A DNA stretch of 64,000 nt from Candidatus Acidiferrales bacterium (GTDB lineage Bacteria > Verrucomicrobiota > Verrucomicrobiia > Limisphaerales > UBA11358), in the NCBI GenBank assembly GCA_035482455.1, contig DATHQS010000357.1:28654-92653 (forward strand). The letters run 5' to 3'. The translations under genes were made by a program, and so were the position numbers. The notes under the pieces were generated by a model that had not been told where the DNA came from, did no database searches, and was given only the letters and a program-made list of their open reading frames with translations. Below, piece by piece: positions 1 through 10,271 of this stretch. How positions within the stretch are numbered: the first letter of the stretch is position 1; the number at the start of each line of letters is the position of its first letter.

Positions 1-364
1 GTTCGAGCAGCGCCTGTTCGTCCTCGGCGGTCAGCGAACGGTAGCCAGGCACCCGTTCGTAGTAATCATGGGCGACGAGGTTGAAAACGTCCTCCTCCAG
101 GTTCGCGCCGGTGCAGGTGATGAGTTGAACCTTGTCCTGGCGGATCATCTCGGCGAGCGAGAGGCCGAGTTCCGCCGTGCTCATGGCCCCGCCGAGCGTG
201 ATCATCATCTTGCCGCCCTTGTCCAGGTGGGCGACGTAGCCCTTCGCGGCGTCCACGAGCGACGCGGCGTTGAAGTGGCGATAATGATGCTGGATGAAGC
301 GGGAGACAGGACCACCGGAAATCGGTCCGCCAGTGGTTTTCTTGGTGTGCTTTTTCTTGGCCAT
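1..364 (-). CDS. deoxyhypusine synthase family protein (homospermidine-synthase-like); N-terminal ~121 codons, gene continues beyond the left window edge
   Basis: My own reverse-strand translation from ATG 364..362 gives MAKKKHTKKTTGGPISGGPVSRFIQHHYRHFNAASLVDAAKGYVAHLDKGGKMMITLGGAMSTAELGLSLAEMIRQDKVQLITCTGANLEEDVFNLVAHDYYERVP. The frame stays open to position 1. The ITCTGANLEED block is typical of DHS-like proteins. The gene is absent from the ORF track because it is truncated by the window edge. Confidence 0.7.
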   Translation of the reverse strand, partial: MAKKKHTKKTTGGPISGGPVSRFIQHHYRHFNAASLVDAAKGYVAHLDKGGKMMITLGGAMSTAELGLSLAEMIRQDKVQLITCTGANLEEDVFNLVAHDYYERVPGYRSLTAEDEQALLE

Positions 365-547
365 ATAAATGTAAAAATTTTCTCCGACACACGATACGCG
401 AGCGGTGCGGAAAACCAATCTCAAATTAAAAGGGCGCGCGGTGTGCTTGCGTGTTCATCGCCCTGCGTACCACTCGCGCTTGGTGGCATAAGCCACCCTT
501 GGCAAATGTTAAAGCCCAGTTAAGCCTCATCGGATACCGATGAACTA

Positions 548-1459
548 TCAAACCTCCATCTGTGCCCGAATCTGGCTTGCGGCGGCTCTCAAATCATCTA
601 AAAACGCGGCAACGATGGGGCTCTTGTCGGACTTCCGCCAGGCAACGCACAAAGGTATCCGTCCTGATTTTGGCGAGATCGGGCGGATGGCGACGTGAAC
701 CCGGTTCAGGGTGCGCACGCAACGGGGGATGAGCGATACCCCCAGTCCGCTTTCCACCAGGGTCATCACCGTCGCCATGAAATTGGGCTCGTTGATGATG
801 CGGGGCGAGAAGCCCGCCCGGCGGCAGGTGGCGATCACCTCATCAAACAGGCCGGGGGCGCCCCGGCGATGGAATTGCACAAACGGTTCCCCGGCCAGGC
901 TTTTCAAGCGGATGACCTTTTGCTTGGCGAGCGGATGTTTTTCCGAAAGTGCAATAACAAGCTGGTCGGTATAGACGACTTCTTCCTCGAATTCCGCACG
1001 CCGGTTTGCGGGCAGCAGGCGGGAAAAACCCAACTGGATGCGGCCGTCATCGAAGGCGGCCAGCTGCTGGTCGGGATTCAACTCGTACAGTTGCAGTTCC
1101 ACATCCGGAAACTTGCGCCGGTAGGCCTGCACGAGCGGGGGCAAAATCGGCGCGGATGCCGCCCCGAAAAAGCCGATTCCCAGGCTGCCAACCTCACCAC
1201 GTGCCGCCCGCAGGGCCAGCCGCTTGGCTTCACCGGCGCGCAATAAAATGTCCTCGGCTTCACGCAGGAAGGTGCTTCCCCCCGCGGTGAGCTGGACGCT
1301 GCGATTGTTGCGGAGCAACAGCTTGACGCCCAGTTCCTCTTCGAGGTCAAGAATGGTCTGGCTGATCGCCGGCTGCGCCACATGCAAACGGCGCGCGGCC
1401 TCGCTGTAGTTCAGATGCCGGGCAACCGCGACAAAATAACGCAGGTGACGCAGTTCCAT
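548..1459 (-). CDS. LysR family transcriptional regulator
   Basis: N-terminus MELRHLRYFVAVARHLNYSEAARRLHVAQPAISQTILDLEEELGVKLL is a classic LysR wHTH, followed by a substrate-binding domain. I prefer the ATG at 1459; the ORF is open to 1489. It is divergent from the SDR gene. Confidence 0.9.
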   Translation of the reverse strand: MELRHLRYFVAVARHLNYSEAARRLHVAQPAISQTILDLEEELGVKLLLRNNRSVQLTAGGSTFLREAEDILLRAGEAKRLALRAARGEVGSLGIGFFGAASAPILPPLVQAYRRKFPDVELQLYELNPDQQLAAFDDGRIQLGFSRLLPANRRAEFEEEVVYTDQLVIALSEKHPLAKQKVIRLKSLAGEPFVQFHRRGAPGLFDEVIATCRRAGFSPRIINEPNFMATVMTLVESGLGVSLIPRCVRTLNRVHVAIRPISPKSGRIPLCVAWRKSDKSPIVAAFLDDLRAAASQIRAQMEV

Positions 1460-1603
1460 GCGCGGCATGCTATCGTAAAATACTATCACTGCAAGAAATT
1501 CATACGATTTTCACGATTTATGGAAGCGTGCGATAAAAGAGATGTCAACGGCACGAAGCCGGTGGCACAAACAAAAAATAAAAAATTAAATGAAAGGCTG
1601 AAT

Positions 1604-2371
1604 ATGAATACCTCACTCGAAAACAAGGTTGCCCTGGTTACCGGCGGAACTTCAGGCATCGGCAAGGCGGCGGCGCTGGCGCTCGCCCGGGCAGGCGCAA
1701 AAGTGGTCGTTTCCGGCCGGCGTGAAGAAGAAGGCCGCGCCGTGGAATTGGCCATCAAAAAGGCCGGCGGCAACGCCATTTTTGTGCGGGCGGACGTCAG
1801 CCGGGAGGCCGATGTGCAGGCGCTCGTGGACAAGACCGTGGCTGCTTTCGGACACCTGGACATCGCGTTTAACAATGCCGGGATCGAAGGCCAGATGGGG
1901 CTTACCACCGATGTGCAGACGGCCGAAAACTTCGATTCGATTTTCAACATCAACGTCAAAGGCATCCTGCTCTCCATGAAGCACGAAGCGGCGGCCATGT
2001 TGCGTAACGGCGGCGGGTCCATCATCAATACCTCGTCCATCGCGGGCCAGGTTGGTTTTGCGGGAGGCGGAGTCTATGTCGCCAGCAAGCATGCGGTGAA
2101 CGGATTGAGCAAGACCGCCGCCCTCGAATTTGCCCGGAAGGGCATCCGCGTAAACACCGTTTCGCCGGGAACGATCCAGACGGACATGATCACGCGCATG
2201 GTGGGTGAAGGCGAGAGTGAGACCCGGAAATGGTGGGAAAACCAGCATCCCGTGGGACGTTTTGGGACGGCCGATGAAGTGGCCGCCGCCGTGGTATGGC
2301 TCGCCTCGCCGGCGTCATCCTTTGTCACCGGAACCGACATCGCCGTGGACGGCGGTTATACGGCCCAATAA
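1604..2371 (+). CDS. SDR family oxidoreductase (short-chain dehydrogenase/reductase)
   Basis: Contains TGGTSGIGKA (TGxxxGxG), NNAG and YVASKHAV (YxxxK). I chose the ATG at 1604 (MNTSLENKVALVTGG); the track ORF begins earlier at 1382. Confidence 0.9.
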   Translation: MNTSLENKVALVTGGTSGIGKAAALALARAGAKVVVSGRREEEGRAVELAIKKAGGNAIFVRADVSREADVQALVDKTVAAFGHLDIAFNNAGIEGQMGLTTDVQTAENFDSIFNINVKGILLSMKHEAAAMLRNGGGSIINTSSIAGQVGFAGGGVYVASKHAVNGLSKTAALEFARKGIRVNTVSPGTIQTDMITRMVGEGESETRKWWENQHPVGRFGTADEVAAAVVWLASPASSFVTGTDIAVDGGYTAQ

Positions 2372-2402
2372 TAAAATCATCAATCGACCCATAAAGAAGA
2401 TT

Positions 2403-3083
2403 ATGATCGACTACCAAACCACCCGTGAACTCAAGGCAGCCCGCGCGAAATACCGCGGGCAAATCATCCCGAAACCGGCCTTGGCCGTCATGGATGCGGA
2501 AACCTCGCGGTTGGCCGCATCCGGTCTCGCCACGCACGCCCTCGAAGCCGGCGATGCCGCCCCTGATTTCATCCTGCCAGATGTGCACGGTGAGCCGGTG
2601 CGGTTGCAGGCGCTGCTTGATAAAGGTCCCGTGGTGGTTGTTTTCTATCGGGGCGGCTGGTGCCCTTACTGCAACCTCCACCTGCGGGGCTTCCAGCGTC
2701 GCTTGCCGGAGTTTCACGAACTTGGGGCAACGGTTGTCGCCATATCTCCGCAGTTACCCGACAATTCACTGTCCACCAGGGAAAAAGACGAACTTGCGTT
2801 TCCCGTACTCAGCGATGTCGGCAATAAGGTGGCCCGCCAATTCGGCATCGTGTTTGAATTGAGTGACGGGTTGGTTGAACTATACCGCAAGTCCGGCCAC
2901 GCGCTGGAAGATTTTAACGGTGCCGACGGCAGCAGAGAATTACCCGTCCCCGCCACCTTCCTGCTGGATGGTGAAGGCATCATTCATCTCGCCCATGTGG
3001 ATGTGGATTACACCCGCCGTATCGACCCCGACGATGTGATCGGGGTGCTGAGAGCATTCAAACCATCGAAGGTGGCTGTTTAA
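2403..3083 (+). CDS. peroxiredoxin-like / AhpC-TSA (redoxin) family thioredoxin-fold protein
   Basis: APDFILPDVHGEPVRLQALLDKGPVVVVFYRGGWCPYCNLHL carries the WCPYC redox motif. The ATG at 2403 lies 32 bp after the SDR stop. Confidence 0.8.
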   Translation: MIDYQTTRELKAARAKYRGQIIPKPALAVMDAETSRLAASGLATHALEAGDAAPDFILPDVHGEPVRLQALLDKGPVVVVFYRGGWCPYCNLHLRGFQRRLPEFHELGATVVAISPQLPDNSLSTREKDELAFPVLSDVGNKVARQFGIVFELSDGLVELYRKSGHALEDFNGADGSRELPVPATFLLDGEGIIHLAHVDVDYTRRIDPDDVIGVLRAFKPSKVAV

Positions 3084-3165
3084 AAGCGCCCCATACGCGT
3101 CAACTTGCGATTTCCATTGGAACAGTGTTAACGTCAGTTTTGTTTTCAAAACCAAATCATTATTT

Positions 3166-4605
3166 ATGACCACAAAAACCAACCAACCAAAAAAGTCACA
3201 AAATACCGCATCGCAACCGGAAGAATACGATTTGCTGGTATTGGGCAGTGGAGCAGCCGGGAAGCTTCTTTCCTGGACCCTGGCTCCCCAAGGAATGAAG
3301 ACGGCCGTCATTGAGCGAAAATATGTCGGCGGTGCCTGCCCTAATATCGCCTGCCTGCCCAGCAAAAATATCATCCACAGCGCCAAGGTCGCCTCCCTGT
3401 TCTTCCGCAGCCGGGAATTCGGCATCAGCAAAGATAATTGCCATATCAATATGGAGGCGGTACGCCAACGTAAACGCGACATGGTTCAGGGCCTCATCGA
3501 AGCGCATCTGGCCAATTACAAGGCCAGTGGGGCGGAACTGATCATGGGCTCCGGCCGTTTCGTCGGACCCAAGACCATTGAGGTTACCGGAGCCGGTGGG
3601 ACGAAGCGCCTCCTGCGCGGAAAGCACATCGTCATCAATACTGGAACTCATGCCACGATTGAACCCCTGCCGGGTCTGGCTGAGGCCAAACCCATGAGCC
3701 ATATCGAGGCGCTCGAATTGGATCACATTCCGGAACATCTGCTCGTCATCGGCGGCGGCTACGTCGGTCTTGAACTGGCGCAGGCCATGCGCCGGTTTGG
3801 CAGCCGCGTGACCGTGATCGAACGTAACTCCCGCCTCATTCACCGCGAGGATCAGGATGTCTCAGAAGCCGTGCAGCAACTGTTCAAGGATGAGGGTATT
3901 GATGTATTGACCAATGCCCGAATCGCTCGGGTCGAAGGCCAGTCCGGCCAACGGGTGAAACTGCATGTGAACCGGGATGGGGCGGATATCGTCCTTGAAG
4001 GTTCACACATCCTGGTTGCCACGGGTCGCACCCCGAATACGAAAGATATCGGCCTGGAGTTGGCGGGCGTGGAATTGACCGGTCGCGGCCATGTGAAAGT
4101 GAACGGGCGATTGGAAACCACCGCCCCGGGTGTCTGGGCGGCGGGAGACTGTGCCGGCAGCCCCCATTTCACCCACATCTCTGAAAATGACTTTCACATT
4201 GTCTGCGACAATATCCTTGGTGGCCAGCGCGTGACGACCGGGCGGCAGGTGCCATTTTGCATGTTCACGGATCCCGAGTTTGCCCGGATTGGTTTGAGCG
4301 AAACGGAGGCCAAGGAACGCGGCATTGCCTATCGCCTGGCAAAAGTCCCCATGGCCGCCGTGTTTCGGGCCAAAACATTGTCCGAGACCCGCGGCTTCTT
4401 GAAGGTTCTCGTTGATGCCAAGAGCGACCATGTATTGGGTTTGACCGCGTTCGGCTGGGATGCCGGAGAAATCATGGCGGTCGTGCAGGTCGCGATGATT
4501 GCCGGCCTGCCTTATACCGCCCTTCGTGACGCCATTTTTGCGCATCCCACCATGGCCGAAGGGCTGATACCATTGCTGTCAAATGTTCCCCCCACAGCCA
4601 AATAG
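3166..4605 (+). CDS. FAD-dependent pyridine nucleotide-disulfide oxidoreductase (Lpd/MerA-like class I flavoprotein reductase)
   Basis: YDLLVLGSGAAGK (FAD GxGxxG), redox-active GGACPNIACLPSK, a second dinucleotide fold at VIGGGYVGLE, and a C-terminal dimerisation HP motif (AHPTMAEG). There is no C-terminal Cys pair, so I do not call it MerA. Confidence 0.85.
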   Translation: MTTKTNQPKKSQNTASQPEEYDLLVLGSGAAGKLLSWTLAPQGMKTAVIERKYVGGACPNIACLPSKNIIHSAKVASLFFRSREFGISKDNCHINMEAVRQRKRDMVQGLIEAHLANYKASGAELIMGSGRFVGPKTIEVTGAGGTKRLLRGKHIVINTGTHATIEPLPGLAEAKPMSHIEALELDHIPEHLLVIGGGYVGLELAQAMRRFGSRVTVIERNSRLIHREDQDVSEAVQQLFKDEGIDVLTNARIARVEGQSGQRVKLHVNRDGADIVLEGSHILVATGRTPNTKDIGLELAGVELTGRGHVKVNGRLETTAPGVWAAGDCAGSPHFTHISENDFHIVCDNILGGQRVTTGRQVPFCMFTDPEFARIGLSETEAKERGIAYRLAKVPMAAVFRAKTLSETRGFLKVLVDAKSDHVLGLTAFGWDAGEIMAVVQVAMIAGLPYTALRDAIFAHPTMAEGLIPLLSNVPPTAK

Positions 4606-4756
4606 AATGATCAATAAACATAAACAGGTTCCTATTTGGCAGGCGTCTTCGTGAAAGGGTCAGGCCTGGAAAACTGACACCTGCCCCGGGTAATGCGGAA
4701 ATCCAATCTCAAATTAACTTTCCGTTGCACCCGGCGTGACGCCTCGCAATACTCCG

Positions 4757-6268
4757 ATGATGCACGGCCCCATAAAATTTCTCGCGCTGCCCGTCCTCAT
4801 GTTTGGGCTCATCTCCCAAGCTCCGGCCGCAACTTCGGCACTCTGGGGCACCAACGGCGAATTGTGGAGCGCCAGCAGCCGGCTGCCGGATTTTTCCTTT
4901 GCCGGCTATCATTGCGGCGAGGCGCTCCTGCCGGATGTCCCGCGCGGGGTGAGCGTGAAGGAATTCGGTGCGAAGGGCGACGGCGTGACCGATGACACCC
5001 AGGCTTTCCTCGCGGTGCTGGCCAAAGCCAAAGGGGCGGTTGAGGTTCCGCCCGGACGCTATATCATCAACAACATCTTGGAGATCAACCGCGGCGGCGT
5101 GGTGTTGCGCGGGGCGGGCGCCGACCGGACCGTTCTGTTCTTCCCCAAGCCGCTGCAGGAAATCAAGCCCCTCTGGAGCGCCACCACGGAAGGCCGAAAG
5201 ACCTCGGAATATTCTTGGGCGGGAGGTCTGGTCTGGTTCAAGGGCGGCTTCGGTGAACGCGTATTGGCCGAGGTCACGGACGAAGCGAAGCGCGGGGCAA
5301 AAACCTTGCAGCTTTCCACGACAAAAAATCTGCACCCCGGCCAGCGCGTTGAGATTTTTGAGCACGACAACGCCGATAATTCCCTCGCCACCAACCTGTA
5401 TTCCGGCGACCCCGGCAACCCGTCCAAGCTGCTCGGCAGCACCCACGCCTCGCTGGTATGCCGCATCACCAAGATTGAAGGCAACGGGATTTCCGTGGAC
5501 CGACCGTTGCGTTTTGACGTGGGCCTCCGGTGGCACCCGCAGATCCGTGCCTTTGAGCCGACCGTTTCGGAATCCGGCGTGGAAAATCTCCGGTTTGAAT
5601 TTCCCAACCAGCCTTACGGCGGGCATTTCACGGAGCCCGGCTACAACGCCGTGGCCTTTTCCGGCGTGGCCGATTGCTGGGCGCGCAACCTGGTCATCTC
5701 CAACGCGGACAGCGGCATCTTTCCCGGCGGCGTCTTTTGCACGATGCAAAACATCACGTATGAATCCGCCCGCCAGCCGGATGCCGCGCTGCATTGCACC
5801 GGGCATCACGGCCTGAACATCGAGGGCAATGACAACCTGTTCACGGGTTTTGACTACCGCACCCGCTTCGTGCATGACCTCTCCGTGGATCACAACGCCT
5901 CCGGCAATGTCATCGCCCACGGCAAGGGCGTGGACCTTTGCTTCGATCATCACGAACGCGCGCCCTGCGAGAACCTGTTCACGGACATCGATGCCGGCGC
6001 GGGCACCCGGCTGTGGACCTGCGGGGGCGGGGCGGACCTGGGCAAACATTGCGCGGCGCGCGGGACGTTTTGGAACATCCGCGCCGCGAAGCCGCAAAAA
6101 TATCCGCCCGCGGCCTTCGGCCCGCCTTCGATGAACCTGGTCGCCGTGCAAACGGACCAGCCGTCCGTTAAAAAAATGGATGGCAAATGGTTTGAAGCGA
6201 TTGCGCCGGGGGAGATTTTTCCGCAAGACCTGCACGCCGCCCAGCTGGCCAGACGGCTGGGGAAATGA
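4757..6268 (+). CDS. secreted right-handed beta-helix protein, pectate-lyase-superfamily / glycoside-hydrolase-like
   Basis: Signal-peptide-like MMHGPIKFLALPVLMFGLISQAPAA. The block VKEFGAKGDGVTDDTQAFLAVL is typical of the Pectate_lyase_3-type N-terminus. Confidence 0.75.
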   Translation: MMHGPIKFLALPVLMFGLISQAPAATSALWGTNGELWSASSRLPDFSFAGYHCGEALLPDVPRGVSVKEFGAKGDGVTDDTQAFLAVLAKAKGAVEVPPGRYIINNILEINRGGVVLRGAGADRTVLFFPKPLQEIKPLWSATTEGRKTSEYSWAGGLVWFKGGFGERVLAEVTDEAKRGAKTLQLSTTKNLHPGQRVEIFEHDNADNSLATNLYSGDPGNPSKLLGSTHASLVCRITKIEGNGISVDRPLRFDVGLRWHPQIRAFEPTVSESGVENLRFEFPNQPYGGHFTEPGYNAVAFSGVADCWARNLVISNADSGIFPGGVFCTMQNITYESARQPDAALHCTGHHGLNIEGNDNLFTGFDYRTRFVHDLSVDHNASGNVIAHGKGVDLCFDHHERAPCENLFTDIDAGAGTRLWTCGGGADLGKHCAARGTFWNIRAAKPQKYPPAAFGPPSMNLVAVQTDQPSVKKMDGKWFEAIAPGEIFPQDLHAAQLARRLGK

Positions 6269-7327
6269 TCACCGCATCATCACCAAATCCGGCTGCGCCT
6301 CGGAAACACCGGTGCGGGTGCCGTCAAACTTGGCGCGGATGAGGGTGTTGTTGGTGCAGGTGGTGTCATTCACCCGGAAGGCCGCGCCACCGCAGTTGAC
6401 GGCGATGAGGTTGGTGAAAGCGTTGTAGGTGCATTCCGTCTTCGGCGCCGGTTGCGGGCCATGGTCGGTGTCCATCACGGCATGGGCCATGAAGACGCCG
6501 TTGTTACGGCTGTTCTGGATGGAGACAAAGAAAAACTGGTTGTCGCTGCTCGAACGCATGAACACACCCAGGTCATTCGCGTTCAGGACGGCATTGCTGA
6601 TGACATTATGGTTGAAGCCAAGATCGACGGAGATGCCCGCGCCGGGGTTGTCATGCAGGTTCAAATTAACAAAAAGGCAGTCCTCGGTCTGGTAGCAGGC
6701 CAGGCCGTCAAATTGATTATCGTAGGATTCCAGCCCGCTGACCGTCAGGTGCCGGTCGTTGCGCGTGGTGACCAGCCCGCCGGAGCGGCATTGGGTGGTG
6801 GTGACATTTTTGACCACCGAATCGCTCACGTCCTGGATGGTGATGCCGTTGTTGCGGATCTCATTGCCTTCGCCGGCCAGGTGCCACAGTTCACGCTGCT
6901 GATGGGTGCGGTTGCCATCAATGAACAGGTCGCGCACGCAGAGCCCGTGGACGGCCTGTTTGGGGTTGTTGACCGGTTCGCCCAGGATGAGCACCGGGCA
7001 GTTAGCGTCATCCGCCAGCCGCAGGACAGTGGCCGCGCCGGAACCGCGCAAGGTCTGAAAATCGCGGCGCAACACGATGGGCTGGCGGACTGAAATGGGT
7101 CCCGGCGGCAATACCACCTCACCGCCGCTTTCGGGCAAGGAGTTGAGTGCGTCTTGGATCTCGCCGCCGGTCACGCCCGGTTGCAACATCACCACGACCG
7201 GTTCCACAGTGGATTTGACCGGGGCGGCGGCGCCGAGCATGGGAAAGTATAGTAAACAGATGCAACTGGCGGTAACTCTGACCGCCCTTTCAACACCTAA
7301 TCCTCTCTGATTGAAGTTCGTTTTCAT
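6269..7327 (-). CDS. secreted right-handed parallel beta-helix repeat protein
   Basis: N-terminal hydrophobic leader (CICLLYFPMLGAAAP) followed by repetitive NxG/DN-rich beta-helix-like repeats. The gene is convergent with the previous gene and their stop codons abut. Confidence 0.65.
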   Translation of the reverse strand: MKTNFNQRGLGVERAVRVTASCICLLYFPMLGAAAPVKSTVEPVVVMLQPGVTGGEIQDALNSLPESGGEVVLPPGPISVRQPIVLRRDFQTLRGSGAATVLRLADDANCPVLILGEPVNNPKQAVHGLCVRDLFIDGNRTHQQRELWHLAGEGNEIRNNGITIQDVSDSVVKNVTTTQCRSGGLVTTRNDRHLTVSGLESYDNQFDGLACYQTEDCLFVNLNLHDNPGAGISVDLGFNHNVISNAVLNANDLGVFMRSSSDNQFFFVSIQNSRNNGVFMAHAVMDTDHGPQPAPKTECTYNAFTNLIAVNCGGAAFRVNDTTCTNNTLIRAKFDGTRTGVSEAQPDLVMMR

Positions 7328-7515
7328 GACGACCAAGTCCTGATAAACTTTTGCTTCTTCTATATCTACTATCGTCCATTCGACGATTTATTCCACTGGA
7401 ATCTTCAGTTTTTTCAAAATATTTTTACTTTCACCCCGTCAGACGGACGGGCCCGGACGGAGGTTCCACTTTTTTACACGCGGAAATTTGATCGGCACTT
7501 TTTTAAAAACCGTTT

Positions 7516-8619
7516 ATGCTGCGCCTGACTTTTATGCCGACAGAGAAAACATCCACGCCCACGCCCGCCGGACTCGGTTACACCATGCCAGCCGAATGGG
7601 AACCGCACGCGGCCACCTGGCTGGGCTGGCCGCACAACGCGTCGGACTGGCCGGGAAAATTCGAGGTCATCCCGTGGGTCTATGGCGAGATGGCGCGAAA
7701 GATTTCCGCCGGGGAAAGGATCAACCTCATCATCCGGCACCAGCAGGACGCGGCGTTTGCACGGCGTGTGTTCCGGCACGCCGGCGTGGACCTGCGGAAG
7801 ATCCGGTTCGTCACGCACCCGACCAACCGCGGCTGGACCCGCGACACCGGGCCCATTTTTGTAAAGCGGAAAGCGAAAAGCGGGAAAGCGGAAACAGCGA
7901 TTGTTCATTTCCATTTCAACGGCTGGGCCAAGTACGGCAACTGGCGCAAGGACACCCAGGTGCCCCAGACCGCCGCCAAGCTGCTCGGCAAGAAACTTTT
8001 CCACGCGGAGCACAACGGCAAGCCGTTCGTCATCGAGGGCGGCGGCATGGAATTGAACGGCCGCGGCACGCTCCTCTCCACCGAACAATGCTACCTCGAC
8101 CCCAAAATCCAGGTCCGCAATCCCGGCCTGCGCAAAAAAGACATCGAGGGCGCGCTGAAAAATTATCTCGGCGTTACCAACATCTTCTGGCTCCGGGAAG
8201 GACCGGTCGGTGATGACACCCATGGTCATATCGATGACATCTGCCGTTTTGTGAACCGCAAGACGCTGGTGCTCGTCCGCGAGCGGAACGGCAAGGACAT
8301 CAACCATCGTCCGCTGGAAAAAAACTGGGACCGCATCAAGGATTTGCGGCTGGAAGACGGCAGCAAGCCGATCGTCGTGGAACTGCCCATGCCTTCGCCG
8401 CTCTATTGCGACGGCGTGCGCCTGCCGGCCAGCTACGCCAATTTCTACATCTGCAACGCCGGGGTCATCGTCCCCACCTTCAACGACCCGAACGACCGCG
8501 TGGCGCTGGGCATTCTTGGCGAACTGTTCAAGGACCGTCCAGTCATGGGCATCCATGCGGTGGACCTGGTCTGGGGTTTCGGCTCGCTGCACTGCCTGAC
8601 ACAGCAGCAGCCGGCTTGA
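7516..8619 (+). CDS. aguA: agmatine deiminase
   Basis: GYTMPAEWEPHAATWLGWPH, GGGMELNGRGTLLSTEQC, THGHIDDICRFV and the C-terminal GFGSLHCLTQQQP (catalytic Cys) match the agmatine deiminase / PAD_porph family. Confidence 0.9.
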   Translation: MLRLTFMPTEKTSTPTPAGLGYTMPAEWEPHAATWLGWPHNASDWPGKFEVIPWVYGEMARKISAGERINLIIRHQQDAAFARRVFRHAGVDLRKIRFVTHPTNRGWTRDTGPIFVKRKAKSGKAETAIVHFHFNGWAKYGNWRKDTQVPQTAAKLLGKKLFHAEHNGKPFVIEGGGMELNGRGTLLSTEQCYLDPKIQVRNPGLRKKDIEGALKNYLGVTNIFWLREGPVGDDTHGHIDDICRFVNRKTLVLVRERNGKDINHRPLEKNWDRIKDLRLEDGSKPIVVELPMPSPLYCDGVRLPASYANFYICNAGVIVPTFNDPNDRVALGILGELFKDRPVMGIHAVDLVWGFGSLHCLTQQQPA

Positions 8620-8669
8620 GCCCTCATCCGGGTGCCCGGCAATTGTGACAAATAATTAATTTTAAAGGC

Positions 8670-10106
8670 TTGGCGGCCTCCGATGAATGTCCTCTATGCT
8701 TGCCGCACCCTGAAGTTGTGCCGCGGGAAAGCCCCTTGAATCAGAAGCAGAAATTCTTGCCGACCGGCGGCCTGTCCCGTTTGGAACAGGCCGCCATTTC
8801 CCTGTTGCTGTTGGGAGCCCTGATCTTTGGGGTGGTCACCGAATGCCGGGCCACGTTGACCAAAAAGCACAACACGGACCTGGGCGTTTATCTGGCCGCC
8901 GCCCAAGCGGTGCGGGAAGGCGGCGATCTTTATTCCGCGAGCTACAATTTCGACCACTACATGTACCCGCCCTTTCTGGCGATGCTGTTGGCGCATGTTG
9001 TGCCCGCACCGGTCAAATATGGCGTGCCGGCCACGGTCGCTTTCGCGGCCGCCGTCAGCGTCTGGTATATTCTGAGCCTGCTCGCGCTGGCCTGGGCGAT
9101 TTCAGTGCTGGCGCGAACGTGGTTACGGCCGGCACCGGACGCGGCCACGCCAGCCGGCTCTGGTTGGCGGCCAATCTGGACAATTCGCCTCCTGCCGGTT
9201 GTGATCTGCCTTCATTGCCTCGGCCGGGAATTGCAATTGGGGCAGGTGGATCTCTTTTTGCTCGCCTTGCTGGCGCTGGTGATCGCCTGTGCGGCGGGGG
9301 GCCGCAGCGGTTGGGCCGGCTTCTGGCTCGCCATCGCGATCTGCCTCAAGGTCATGCCGGTGGTGCTCCTGGTCTACCCGCTATGGCGACGCGACTGGCG
9401 CTGGCTGCTGACTTGTGCGGGCGGCATGGTGGCCGGCCTGGTAATCCTGCCCATGCTCATGTTTGGCCCGGCCAAGACCTTCAAATATACCCAGGAGTAC
9501 AGCCAGACGCTGGTTCTGCCGGCACTCACGGGCAAAGTCACCGACCACTCGCGGGACGGCGAGTTGCTGGATCAAAACGCCGTCTACAACTACTCCATCC
9601 TGGGCGTCATTCATAATTTGGAGCATCTCTCCCTGGACCGGGATGACCGGCCCAAAGTCGCCTCGCTGCAAAACCGCCATCTGGCGGCGCTCATCGGTTT
9701 GACGTTGTTGCTGGTAACCCTGCTGGCGTCAGGTTTCCGGCGACAGGTTTCCCGCACATCCACGGTGCTTTGCCTGTCGATGCTGACGGTGGTCATGCTG
9801 GTCATCAGCCCGGTCTGCCAATCGTATTATTTTGTCCTGTTGATTCCCGTGATCATGGCGGTGATCGCCGTGGATTTGCGCCGAACCGGAACCGCCTTTC
9901 CGGGCGCAGGGATTTTGGCTGTCTGTGCGGCTTATCCGATTGCCCAGGCCATCTCGAGCTTTTCACCCCTGCTGCGGGACAGCGGCCTGGTGCTGGCGAC
10001 GGTGCTGGCGCTTTGGCTGTTGGCGTTGAAAGCGCTCAACCAAAGCCGGCAGACGGAAACGACTGTTGAAGCCTTGCCTGCGGCTCCCAATCCGCTGACA
10101 GTTTAA
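8670..10106 (+). CDS. polytopic membrane glycosyltransferase, GT87/DUF2029-like
   Basis: Many predicted TM helices. The GDLYSASYNFDHYMYPPFLAMLL block is typical of DUF2029 mannosyltransferase-like proteins. The start is uncertain (TTG at 8670). Confidence 0.6.
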   Translation: MAASDECPLCLPHPEVVPRESPLNQKQKFLPTGGLSRLEQAAISLLLLGALIFGVVTECRATLTKKHNTDLGVYLAAAQAVREGGDLYSASYNFDHYMYPPFLAMLLAHVVPAPVKYGVPATVAFAAAVSVWYILSLLALAWAISVLARTWLRPAPDAATPAGSGWRPIWTIRLLPVVICLHCLGRELQLGQVDLFLLALLALVIACAAGGRSGWAGFWLAIAICLKVMPVVLLVYPLWRRDWRWLLTCAGGMVAGLVILPMLMFGPAKTFKYTQEYSQTLVLPALTGKVTDHSRDGELLDQNAVYNYSILGVIHNLEHLSLDRDDRPKVASLQNRHLAALIGLTLLLVTLLASGFRRQVSRTSTVLCLSMLTVVMLVISPVCQSYYFVLLIPVIMAVIAVDLRRTGTAFPGAGILAVCAAYPIAQAISSFSPLLRDSGLVLATVLALWLLALKALNQSRQTETTVEALPAAPNPLTV

Positions 10107-10271
10107 TCGCCTGCCCGTCATATTTTTGGGCCGGGTAGTACAAACAGACTACGGTGCAGGGTCTTTACAGCTTCCGCATTCTACTCTAGTGTCGGTCTGA
10201 AACCCGATATTAACCACTGGCAAGCAGGCTTCCTCATTCTGCCTGCTTCTCCCGGTGGGCCCTGACAACCC

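Noticed and set aside
66-523. Track ORFs 66-392(-), 205-390(-) and 68-523(+) at the left edge.
   Set aside because: A third minus-strand frame, open to position 1 and starting at 364, encodes a convincing DHS-like N-terminus. The listed ORFs are out-of-frame or antisense artefacts of it.
4709-6235. 508-aa minus-strand ORF. Similar long antisense ORFs occur at 7474-8592(-), 11845-14310(-), 22327-23484(-), 26301-27581(-), 44196-45329(+), 58029-58910(-), 58911-59585(-) and 62048-63190(-).
   Set aside because: Each lies fully opposite a gene with clear family motifs and has Arg/Gly/Ala/Pro-rich low-information composition. This is typical of shadow ORFs in GC-rich DNA. None has a recognisable domain.
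6266-6271. Palindromic TGATCA formed by abutting stop codons of two convergent beta-helix genes.
   Set aside because: This is probably coincidental tight packing. No hairpin or terminator is visible, and there is no functional implication I can support.
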